Part shown: positions 17,937-27,400 of the stretch, piece by piece | How positions within the stretch are numbered: the stretch's first letter is position 1 | How the letters are laid out: every line of letters starts with the position of its first letter | Notes under the pieces: model-generated | What the model was told of the DNA's origin: nothing | Seen by the model: only the letters and a program-made list of their open reading frames with translations | Database searches by the model: none | Program-made: the position numbers and the translations under genes | Origin: Thermoplasmata archaeon | GTDB taxonomy: Archaea > Thermoplasmatota > Thermoplasmata > Sysuiplasmatales > Sysuiplasmataceae | NCBI GenBank assembly: GCA_021796895.1 | Contig: JAKABN010000001.1 | Span: 1-54,488 of the forward strand | Reading direction: 5' to 3' | Length of the DNA stretch: 54,488 nt

Positions 17937-18046
17937 GAGGAGACAGATGACATCGCGCCGGATATGTTTTTGCAATCCGCATGGCGGTGGCATCGGCAAT
18001 CGGAATTGCAATATGTTTAAGTCTGATGCATTCATCGCATATTCCG

Positions 18047-18796
18047 ATGAAAAGACTGCCGCTCATCGGCGTAACCATGTCTCATTCTGTGCGCAAAGGA
18101 TCGCCTTATGATTATGTCAATCGCAGTTATCTCAATGCAGTGAAGATGGCCGGCGGCATTCCGGTTCCCATCCCCAATGTCGACACGTCCATCGCGCTCG
18201 TCGGAATGTGCGACGGCATGCTCTTTACCGGGGGCGGTGATGTTCATCCCAAAAACTACGGTGAAGAGGTGGAAGGCACGGACGTGGAATCCATTGAGGA
18301 AGCCAGGGACGATACGGAGAGGGGCATATTCAATCACGCCATCGAAGAGGGAATGCCAGTGCTTGGAATCTGCAGGGGAATACAATCGATAAACGTGTTT
18401 GCCGGCGGCACACTGATACAGGACATCGGTATTCATTCCCGTAAAACTAATGGCGGGGCCGCAGGCTTAAACCACAGACAGGCAGAGGACAGGCACAAGC
18501 CTTCCCATTCCATCAGAATAAAAGAGGGGACAGTGCTCCACAGTATTCAGCGGAAAGGGGAGAGACGAGTGAACTCTCTGCATCATCAGGCCATAGGGCG
18601 TGTTCCTGACGGATGGACTGTTTCCGCCGTTGCTGAAGACGGGATTATAGAAGCAATTGAGAGGCCCGGGCCGTCATTCATGATGGCAGTTCAGTGGCAT
18701 CCGGAAGAGCTGGCAGCCGAAAGCGAGGACGACCTCAGGCTCTTCGAGGCTCTTGTGTCCAGGTCATCGGAACATTCTGCTGCCGGGAAGAGCTGA
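18047..18796 (+). CDS. Class I glutamine amidotransferase / peptidase C26 (gamma-glutamyl-GABA hydrolase PuuD-like)
   Basis: The Cys nucleophile is in GICRGIQSINVFAGGTL. NSLHHQAI and VQWHPE are also present. The start is at MKRLPLIGVT. Confidence 0.88.
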   Translation: MKRLPLIGVTMSHSVRKGSPYDYVNRSYLNAVKMAGGIPVPIPNVDTSIALVGMCDGMLFTGGGDVHPKNYGEEVEGTDVESIEEARDDTERGIFNHAIEEGMPVLGICRGIQSINVFAGGTLIQDIGIHSRKTNGGAAGLNHRQAEDRHKPSHSIRIKEGTVLHSIQRKGERRVNSLHHQAIGRVPDGWTVSAVAEDGIIEAIERPGPSFMMAVQWHPEELAAESEDDLRLFEALVSRSSEHSAAGKS

Positions 18797-18888
18797 GAGT
18801 TCGCGTTCAGCACGATAACAAGCAGTCGGAATCGGATTGCATTTTGCGCGCCGATTGAACCTTCGGCAGGGAAGCGCGATGCAAACGC

Positions 18889-19386
18889 TCACAATCCGAC
18901 ATTTTTGGCCAGAGTTTCAAGCTCCCCCTCGTCGATCCAGTCGACCTTCAGGTACTCCTTTATCTCCTCTCTTGGCAATCCGATTCTCAATGCCTCGTCG
19001 ACGGTCGCTTTGTATGCCTCTATTTCGATTGGGCTGTCCACATAGTGGTAGCGACTGTCGAAGAGCACTCTTCCGTCCATGAACTGTTTCACATGGAAGA
19101 GCTCGTGTATCACATCCAGGTAAACAACTTCGAATTTACCTTTCTTCAGATGGTGCGAACTGATGATCAGGTGACCGTCAACGTCGCTGGTACTCATGTA
19201 CCCCCAGCGGGATGAAAAGAACTCAACCTTCAGTTCAGCAAGAACCTTTTCCGCTTCGCCTCCGAAAATCTTCCTGACGGCATCCAGTTTCTCGAATCCT
19301 TTGAAATAGTCGGTGAATGGGAACAGCGTCGGTTCAGCGTCTCTGGTTATTGTCACGTTCAGCTTGTGTTCATGATTGGGCTTCAT
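18889..19386 (-). CDS. Hypothetical small HExxH protein (possible minimal zinc metallopeptidase fold)
   Basis: IHELFH (HExxH) is followed by a possible third-ligand Glu in SPIEIEAYK. No signal peptide or TM helix is visible. Confidence 0.6.
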   Translation of the reverse strand: MKPNHEHKLNVTITRDAEPTLFPFTDYFKGFEKLDAVRKIFGGEAEKVLAELKVEFFSSRWGYMSTSDVDGHLIISSHHLKKGKFEVVYLDVIHELFHVKQFMDGRVLFDSRYHYVDSPIEIEAYKATVDEALRIGLPREEIKEYLKVDWIDEGELETLAKNVGL

Positions 19387-19874
19387 ATGCCCCGGACATT
19401 ACTGTCTTGATAAATCCGTTTTTGCAAATGCCGTAACTGGTCACTGTTCTGAAAACAGCCTGACAGAATAAGGGTTTAAGGCCGTTCGACCGAAAGGTTT
19501 TTCGGGCAGGATCGCATTATACCGCTCAGATGCAGCAGATTGTAAATAAGAACTTCGAAGGCAGGATCGAGTTCCTCCTCTCCGCCGGTGAGCAGAAGGT
19601 GAGACTCTCCCAGGACGCGAGACAGGAACTTCTCAGGAAGTTCCGTGAAATGATTGAGGGATTCCCTGACAATGGATTCCCACAAGTGCTATATTGATGG
19701 TTGGAGCCTCGGATAGTTGATTACAACGAAGCCGGAACATTCAGAGAAGCCGATAAGCAGGGCTTAAGTCTTAAGCCCAACTGTAGCGGGAGCTCCTTCA
19801 CATAGTTGAATAGTTGTAAAGTGCAGCAATGCTTATATGTATTTCATGCTGGATTCAATGAGCCAGCTGATTAC

Positions 19875-21560
19875 TTGATTCAATTACATGGAGCCAAATC
19901 CAGATGGGGCAATGACAACACTTCTCACAACGGAGACGGAATCGATTCAAATCTTCATATTACGCGACGGAGGATCATAGCCATAATACTTTCACTGATT
20001 GTTGTTTCTGCCGCTGTCATCGTGATACAGTCATCACGCAGGAGTGTGATTCGCCAGAATGGCATTCCCGTATCATTTTCCGTTGCTCCTTCCGTGATGC
20101 CTGTGGCGCACAGTTATCTGTCATATGTCACGACAACTCCCTCAAATCTGACGCTGCTGGGTGAGGAGATACAGCTGTGGTCACTACCCGCACCTGAGAT
20201 TAGTAAGACTGTAGTGACGCGCAATTTCAATGTCACGCCACTCATTCAGTCATGGGCAAACTCGACAGGGAATTTGACCGCAATGCTCCCACTGTATTCG
20301 CTTGTCAACATGAACAACTGGACAGCGTTCTACAGATCACAGGACGAAATAGGCTCTCAGACGTCGCTGCAGCTGATGGTCACGTACGTTTTCAGATACA
20401 ACAGCACCATGGAAGAGATATTCCAGTATTCCCACAGCGTGCCTTATGATCCGGCCGTAATGGGTCCCAAGTCCGTGTTCGCGATTTCAGTGCATCCGAA
20501 TCTGAATGCCGTGCCTTCGTTTCTGAGCACTTCGGTCGATCTTGGAGCACAGTCTACTGCTCTCGGGGTTTTACCGAACAGGCTGCCAGGCTGCGACCCT
20601 TACAATCCATACCAGTATGTGTGGGTCCAGATAAATCAGACGGTCTTTAACAATTACAATATCCCCATGGCTTGGGGTAATGACAGCAACGGAACTTCTC
20701 AAATGATCGTAGCGATTACAATCGGCAGTACTGGTGCATCGACCAATTTCAATGCAGGGACGGGATACAACGAAGCAGGCACAAACTCATTTTATGTTGG
20801 CAACAGCGCCTACTCCTCTATTGATGTAGGTGGTACAGCGAGTCTTTCCCTGTGGCCGCCCTCAGTCAGCAAGCCCCAGCAGTCTGGATACATCTGGTTT
20901 CAGGGCACAGTTGTAGTCACTGGCTACAGGGAAAAGAAAGTGGACACGTGCACAAAACAATGGTGGTGGCTCAATAATTACATGACTATTCCGGGTATTT
21001 CTTCGCTTGATTCGAATAACAGTGCGCTCATTGACGGCTACACATACGATGCTTACAATGCGAGTTCTCCTTACACAAGTCCACAGGCGCTCTCAACACT
21101 GAAATGGACGGCGGCGTTCGTTCACAAGTATTATGCAAACCTCAGCGTAGGCTCGGAACTGCAATGGGCGTCGATGTACTCCAGCGTGACTGGAAATTAC
21201 AACAACATTCAAGGTAAAATCAGTGGTGTCATCGGCCTCGGACTGTCTATAATCGGTCTGATTACGACGGTCGCAGCAGGGGACGGATGGTCTCCAGGCA
21301 GCGGATGGGCGAACATTCCTCTGGATATACTGGCGATCACCGGATTCGTCAGCAGCGTGGCCGGCCTTCTTCTGAGCGGCACTGTGAGTGCAAGTGGTTC
21401 TTCCACCATATTCAGCGGTGATTTTCAAAATTCCGGCAATCCGTACACAGGCGGCAACACTCTTGAGCTTACCGATTACCAGCTGAACGCTACTGCAGGT
21501 TTCAACGGTAATCAGTACGTGTTTCCTATCATGGACGGCCTATGTACTTTACCATCGTAA
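19875..21560 (+). CDS. Membrane-anchored Ser/Thr/Asn-rich envelope protein (hypothetical)
   Basis: The N-terminal anchor is RRRIIAIILSLIVVSAAVIVIQ. There are many N-x-S/T sequons and two C-terminal hydrophobic helices (VIGLGLSIIGLITTVAAG, ILAITGFVSSVAGLLLSG). The in-frame TTG at 19875 lies about 35 nt downstream of the TATA-like CTTATATGT (19832-19840). The ORF-track start at 19806 would place that element inside the gene. Confidence 0.65.
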   Translation: MIQLHGAKSRWGNDNTSHNGDGIDSNLHITRRRIIAIILSLIVVSAAVIVIQSSRRSVIRQNGIPVSFSVAPSVMPVAHSYLSYVTTTPSNLTLLGEEIQLWSLPAPEISKTVVTRNFNVTPLIQSWANSTGNLTAMLPLYSLVNMNNWTAFYRSQDEIGSQTSLQLMVTYVFRYNSTMEEIFQYSHSVPYDPAVMGPKSVFAISVHPNLNAVPSFLSTSVDLGAQSTALGVLPNRLPGCDPYNPYQYVWVQINQTVFNNYNIPMAWGNDSNGTSQMIVAITIGSTGASTNFNAGTGYNEAGTNSFYVGNSAYSSIDVGGTASLSLWPPSVSKPQQSGYIWFQGTVVVTGYREKKVDTCTKQWWWLNNYMTIPGISSLDSNNSALIDGYTYDAYNASSPYTSPQALSTLKWTAAFVHKYYANLSVGSELQWASMYSSVTGNYNNIQGKISGVIGLGLSIIGLITTVAAGDGWSPGSGWANIPLDILAITGFVSSVAGLLLSGTVSASGSSTIFSGDFQNSGNPYTGGNTLELTDYQLNATAGFNGNQYVFPIMDGLCTLPS

Positions 21561-21806
21561 CTCATAATGGCGATTATGCGATGCTCCCTCCAAGATGTAA
21601 CGTATCGCTTCAACCGCGAGTCTGCATGCTCTGTGTATGTGTGAATAGATTCCAAACGCCGTGCCGGCTGTCGGACGCGTATACGCATTGAAAGTAGAAA
21701 CCGTCAATTACGCTGCTGTATGCGATTCACAGCGGTGGTAGAGTGTTGCCGACAAAATATAGAACAAAGCATTTTAAATATACCCATCAATCGGTCTAAG
21801 CAAACG

Positions 21807-24248
21807 ATGCTCCGAGGTCAAAAAACAGCCGTGGTATTTGTTGCTGCTTTAATGATACTCAGCGCAGCCCATGATTATGGCAGCCGGACCTCAAATCAGG
21901 CAATTAGCAGTCCACCCGCTGCATCATTCAGTTCTCCGGGCGTAAACAGCTCACTGACCGGCTCGGTCTATCTCACATCGAATAATTCGACCATGTTTCC
22001 GACGCCCGTATGGGCATTTTCAAAGACTCCTTCAAAGAATATCAATAATAACTCAACAAAGATATCACTCAGCCTTTCGAGTGCCACATCCGGCTTTGTT
22101 TTATTCCACCCCGGGGAGACCGAAACAAACCAACAGACTGCGTCGATACCTCCGCCCACAAGCAGTTCAGCCCACGGCTGGATTACTCCCTTTACACTGA
22201 ACAAAATTATCCCTGCCGGTAACTGGTCGTTGGGTGTCGGGATAAATCACACGGGCGGAATTCTTGGCACGGGCATCATCGCGCTCAACGCCAGTCTGTA
22301 TATTTGGAATTCTTCACTTTCGACGTTCACGTATGTTGCAGCATTTCAGAACTCCAGCGTGAATCTGGTGAACATGTCTATTTCCAACCAGGTGGTCAAC
22401 CTCAGCGGAAAAGTTCCAAGACTTTCGCTGGACACAAGTCAAGACATTTTCGTCGAATACTATCTCTCGCTGAATGGTTTTCTCTCCACCGCGACTTACA
22501 CATTCATTTTGGATTCCGGCGGCCCTTCCGATTCTTCGTATTTTGTCAGTTATCCTGATTTCGGATGGCTGAACGGTTCCGTGCATCCTGCCAACAGCAC
22601 TGTCAGTGTCAACAACAGCATCGTCGGATCCGTTCAAGGCGGTCTCTTCAATATCACGCTCGGCCCGGGGACATACTGGATCAATGTTTCTCTTGCAGGA
22701 TACCGTAATTATTCGGGTCAGATTGCTGTGGTTTCGGGCTATTCGGCATACCTCAACGTGACTCTTCAGAAAGAGTATGCCGTGGACGTGGCAGAGAATG
22801 GTCTGGCTGCGGGTACACAGTGGTCCGTGAATCTGTCCGGCATCGGCAGAGTGCTTTCAACTAACTCCACGCAATACAGTGCGGTCAACGGCACCTACAA
22901 TCTGAGCGTAGGAAGCGTTTCAGGCTACCACGTCGCTTCTTACCCGCGCAATGTGACTGTCAATGGCAGTCAGGTAAGCATACTGTTGACTTTCACTGTG
23001 GCGACATATGGCATCACTTTCAGCGAAAACGGGCTGCCCCTGCCGATGCTCTGGGGCATTTCAATAAACGGCGTGAACCACACGTCTGAGACATCGAGCA
23101 TTTATGTCAATCTGCCAAACGGTACCTACAGTTTCGCGGTGCTCCATGTGCCTCACTACGCAGTAACGCCCTCCTCCGGCAGCCTTAAAGTTTCCGGCAG
23201 CACCTATCCGATGACTCTGAATTTCTCTCTCCTCAACTATACCGTCTTCTTCAGGGAGAACGGTCTGCCTATTGGCACAGAATGGTCCGTTACACTACAT
23301 GGCCTGTCTCAGAAATCAAACAGAACTGTCATCACATTCAACGAACCGGAAGGAACATACAATTATTCAATTACCATCCAGAACGGTTACAGGATCATCA
23401 ACGGCACCGGAGCTGTTACAGTCGCAGGCGGAAACGTGACAATAAACGCAACATTTCTTACGCTGAAGAGAACCACCGGCAACGTATTGTCACAATCCCA
23501 GGGGCTATTCTATTTCCTCATTATCGTTATCGTTCTTGTTCAAATTGAGGTCATCGCATCCATGCTCTACTTCAGGAGGAACAGATCCAAAGGCGCTCGC
23601 GGAAACGCTGATTCCCCGGCAAAACCGGTTGGAGGCGAGCCCGGAACTTCTTCACGCCCGGTCTCCCAGATACTCGCCGGGTCCGCTGCTGCAGCGTCAT
23701 CCCCAGCCGCTTCAGATGCTCCGCATCCGGACGTAATGACTGCGGATAGAGCTTCTTCCGCGGCTTCCGCCGCGCGCGATTTCGCCCCGGAATCTATGTT
23801 CGAGTACGGCTGCACTTACGCTGTCTTTGAGGAAACGGCCGAGAAGTCCCTGTCATTGTTCGAAGTCGCGCTTAAGAAGGGACTCAAGGGAATATGTTTC
23901 ACGCGGGAATTCCCGGACAGGCTCTCAAAGAAGCACGACTTATCCGGTGCATTGGTCATATGGCTGTCTAACATCGGAAGCCAGAATTCAATTCGGCCTA
24001 AAGACCTTGAAAAAATTACTCTTCAATGCAACGAAGCACTGAACTCTTCGCAATGCATAATAATGATTGACGGACTGGAATATCTCATAACAAATAACGG
24101 TTTCATAAGCGTTCTGAAGCTGCTTCAGTTCCTCAGAGACGCTACGGCCGTTAACCGTTCCATACTGATAATATCGATAAACCAGCACGCAATAAAGGAC
24201 AGCGAAGTCAATCTGCTGAGAAGAGAAGTCGACAGGATAATAGAATAG
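21807..24248 (+). CDS. Receptor-like single-pass membrane protein: extracellular beta-repeats, a TM helix, a Pro/Ser/Ala linker and a cytoplasmic DUF835-like domain
   Basis: The signal/anchor is MLRGQKTAVVFVAALMILSAA. A PEGA/CarboxypepD_reg-like unit (GPGTYWINVSLAGYRNYSGQIAVV) and three 77-aa repeats follow. The TM helix is LFYFLIIVIVLVQIEVIASMLYF. The C-terminus carries ICFTREFPDRL, VIWLSNIGS and CIIMIDGLEYLITNNGFISVLKLLQFLRD. Confidence 0.8.
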   Translation: MLRGQKTAVVFVAALMILSAAHDYGSRTSNQAISSPPAASFSSPGVNSSLTGSVYLTSNNSTMFPTPVWAFSKTPSKNINNNSTKISLSLSSATSGFVLFHPGETETNQQTASIPPPTSSSAHGWITPFTLNKIIPAGNWSLGVGINHTGGILGTGIIALNASLYIWNSSLSTFTYVAAFQNSSVNLVNMSISNQVVNLSGKVPRLSLDTSQDIFVEYYLSLNGFLSTATYTFILDSGGPSDSSYFVSYPDFGWLNGSVHPANSTVSVNNSIVGSVQGGLFNITLGPGTYWINVSLAGYRNYSGQIAVVSGYSAYLNVTLQKEYAVDVAENGLAAGTQWSVNLSGIGRVLSTNSTQYSAVNGTYNLSVGSVSGYHVASYPRNVTVNGSQVSILLTFTVATYGITFSENGLPLPMLWGISINGVNHTSETSSIYVNLPNGTYSFAVLHVPHYAVTPSSGSLKVSGSTYPMTLNFSLLNYTVFFRENGLPIGTEWSVTLHGLSQKSNRTVITFNEPEGTYNYSITIQNGYRIINGTGAVTVAGGNVTINATFLTLKRTTGNVLSQSQGLFYFLIIVIVLVQIEVIASMLYFRRNRSKGARGNADSPAKPVGGEPGTSSRPVSQILAGSAAAASSPAASDAPHPDVMTADRASSAASAARDFAPESMFEYGCTYAVFEETAEKSLSLFEVALKKGLKGICFTREFPDRLSKKHDLSGALVIWLSNIGSQNSIRPKDLEKITLQCNEALNSSQCIIMIDGLEYLITNNGFISVLKLLQFLRDATAVNRSILIISINQHAIKDSEVNLLRREVDRIIE
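22776..23456 (+). repeat. Three tandem ~77-aa (231-nt) protein repeats, consensus Y.v.F.ENGLP.GT.WsV.l.G...NGTY.ys....GY
   Basis: The repeat units begin YAVDVAENGLAAGTQWSVNLSG..., YGITFSENGLPLPMLWGISINGV... and YTVFFRENGLPIGTEWSVTLHGL.... Each contains NGTYNLSV, NGTYSFAV or EGTYNYSI. Confidence 0.7.
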
Positions 24249-24405
24249 TATCACTTTTCACGGACCTGTCAAAGATAAATAGAGTGTACTCCTTTCTGCC
24301 TGTCAGGCAGGACAGGACCACGGAGGAATGTGATTGAGAATTGCAATCAAATCTTTATTCTCATTCTTCGCTCATAATAAAGCCGACGTTAAACAAGGTC
24401 AGGTC

Positions 24406-27400
24406 ATGGCTCATGAAGCTCGTTATCGGGTGTCCTGCGCGACTCCCCGGCCTGCAGACTCGACAAGCCACACTGTTAATGCTTTCCGTATGTGTGCGGC
24501 TGTCGCAGTCGCCGCAGCTCTGATACTGTCCGGCCTTTCCATTTATTTGATTCGGGCAAATACGGCATCCGGTCCAGTTGCCACCGTTTCCGGTCCAAGC
24601 ACAGCACAGCTCATTCACGGGCCTTATGCTTCATCGGGTCCGACGGAGCTGCCGATGCTGAAAGGAGCAACATCCATCGGTTTGGTTCCAGGCTCAATGC
24701 CAATGTACCTTACCGTAAGCTTCAAAATCAGAAATGAGCAGCAGCTTGTCACTCTCATAAGCGAACAGCAGACACCCGGATCCCCGTTGTATCATCATTT
24801 CCTTTCTCTCAGTCAGTTCCAGCAGTCGTTCGGTCCGACGTCTCAGGTATACAACGAAGCACTTTCCTATTTCACCGCAATGGGTTTTACACAGGTTCCG
24901 ACGGGAACAACAATGACGCTTGCCTTCCGGGCGAGCGCGGGGGACGTCGGCAGTGCTTTCAAAACACAGATAGGATTTTTCAGACTGCATAACGGTTCGA
25001 CTGTTTATTCAAACATACGTTCTCTGTCCCTGCCTGTACCAATTTCATCGTCGATTTCCTCGGTGAACGGCATGACCGATATTGTCAAAATACACACGGG
25101 ACTGGTTCATTCCCCGTTCTTCGAATACGGCGGCTACCTTCCGTTGGCGGCTTCATCTTCCGGAACGTCACAGTATTCGAACATGAGCAGGGCCGTGAAT
25201 TTTACGAAACCCGGTTTCCTTTATACCGGCAAATCCTTCCCATATGGTCAGTGGCAATTCCTGAACCCATCGGTCCTGGGAACGGCCTACAACGCAACAC
25301 CTCTTTACGCGTTGGGCGACAGAGGACAGGGGACCACTATCGCTGTTGTCATGGCCGGCGGCTACAACCCGTCTGACCTCGCCACTTATTCAAAAATGGT
25401 GTTCAACAGCTCCAGCCAGATACTGAACAGACTTACGCCATATCCAGTTAACGGCGGCACTGCCAACGCCACGCTTCCAGGCGCGGTTCTCCAGACCGGA
25501 GGCGACGCATTTGAATTCACGCTGGATATAGAATATTCCGGCACGATGGCTCCCGGGGCCCACATCGATGCGGTATACGGTCCGAGTCTCAGTACGGCGT
25601 CTCTTGTCAGTGCATACGCGAAACTCACCACAATTTCTCCCCTGCCAAACGTCATAACAAACAGCTGGGGAGGGTCTGAGGACACGTGGTGGAATCTCTA
25701 TGGTCCCTCCTGGCAGAGCGCCGGCGCCCTGGAGAATTATTTCATGGAACTCACCAGCATGGGCTCAACCATACTTGCATCGTCCGGTGATCAGGGCGGA
25801 TACGATTCATTTTCCGGCCTGCTGTCAACATCCATTCCAGCCTCCTCTCCATATGTGGTTGCTGTTGGAGGTGTTCGCACGACAGTGTCAAATGCCACCG
25901 GTGTCCAGTTCCCGTCCCCCTCTCAATATTCAGTCAATGCGACTGTTGCGCCGTTCGGTTTCAGCGAAACTTCCTCCTATCCGGCATGGTTCCCGAATTA
26001 CACACTGAATGCCAGCAGTCCTCGAAATGTGACTTCCAACTCCTACTGGTACACACCGGGATTTACCCCGTCTTCCCCCGATTTCGCATCCGGCGGAATC
26101 GGTCTGAGCTACTGGTTTGAGCAGCCCTGGTGGCAGCACGGAAAGTCAGTGCCGTATACAGGACGCAGGATGGTGCCGGACGTATCGGCGGAAGCAGATT
26201 TCAATCAGACCGTTTATTTCGGCGGCGCCTGGAATTTCTTCTGGGGCGGCACCAGTTTTGCATGTCCTACAATCGCCGGTGAATTCGCCCTGCTCGATAC
26301 GTATCTCAACTCTACTGCCGGCAATTCATCGAACCGGTCTGGTTATTACCTCGGACTCGCCCAGCCTCTGCTCTATAATCTGGGCAACGATCCTCATCTG
26401 CCGCTTGTTCCGTACTCTCAGATAAGTTCGGGTGGAAACCCGTGGGACAATTACGCGAGCGCGGGCGGGCTCGGATGGCCAGGCGGCCAGAACTGGCCCT
26501 ATGCGTACGCTGCGCCCCTGCGAGGCTGGAATCTTCTGACGGGCTGGGGCGTTCCGAACGTTGCCGGCATGGTGCTTGATGCTGCAGCGCTGCTCTCAAA
26601 AAGTTCAAGCTACAACCAGTTCTTCGTCGAATTGAACGGCTCAACTCCTGCTGCTCTTCCGGGCGACGCAACATACACCTTTACACTGGTGAACTCTACA
26701 GGAGCACCTGTTTCCGGCGCCAATGTAAGCATGGCATTCACATCCGCAGACGGCGTGACAAACTACAGTGCCGCTACGACTAACGCGACCGGGCGTTTCT
26801 CTTTTGCCGCCGGCGGCCTGCACGGCTATCTGTCTCTTTACAGTTCCCGCCTGCCGTCCCTGTCTTCCGGCTTTGCGTCCATATGGATATCGCTGCCCAA
26901 CCTCTCTTCAGGGATTGTTTCAGTCACTGTGCTTGGAGCCGGTCATTCGGTAATGGGCGGATTTGATTTCTTCAACGGATTCCTGAGCCCGAACTATCCC
27001 GCGCTCGGCAGCCTGATGCCCAATACGGTCAGGGTACTTGTAACATACAAGGCGACTCCGACTTCCGTCGCCGTGCCTGTATACAATGCGATGTTGCTCG
27101 CTTCTACTCCCAGCGAACCCTACTTTTCCTCTCCTCCTGCATACACCAATCCTTACTATACCGCCCTTTCCTCCCTCAATTATACTCCCGCGAGATCTCT
27201 CAGCTTCACCAACCTTTCCGGAATAGCATATGTGGAAACATGGAATGTGCAGCATCCTGAGAATTACACCATATTCGCATCATATCGCGGCCTCACCAAC
27301 GCGACTCACCTCGCTGTCACACCACGCTTCAATATACAGTCGCTCAACACATTCTCCTCCACAGAAGGCACCAGGGCGGGCGGCAGTCCCGGCTACATAG

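Noticed and set aside
19476-19685. 69-aa minus-strand ORF (TTG start) in the spacer before the envelope gene trio
   Set aside because: The translation is helical-looking, but there is no ATG, no recognisable promoter or RBS and no family signal. It may be a gene fragment, and the support is insufficient.
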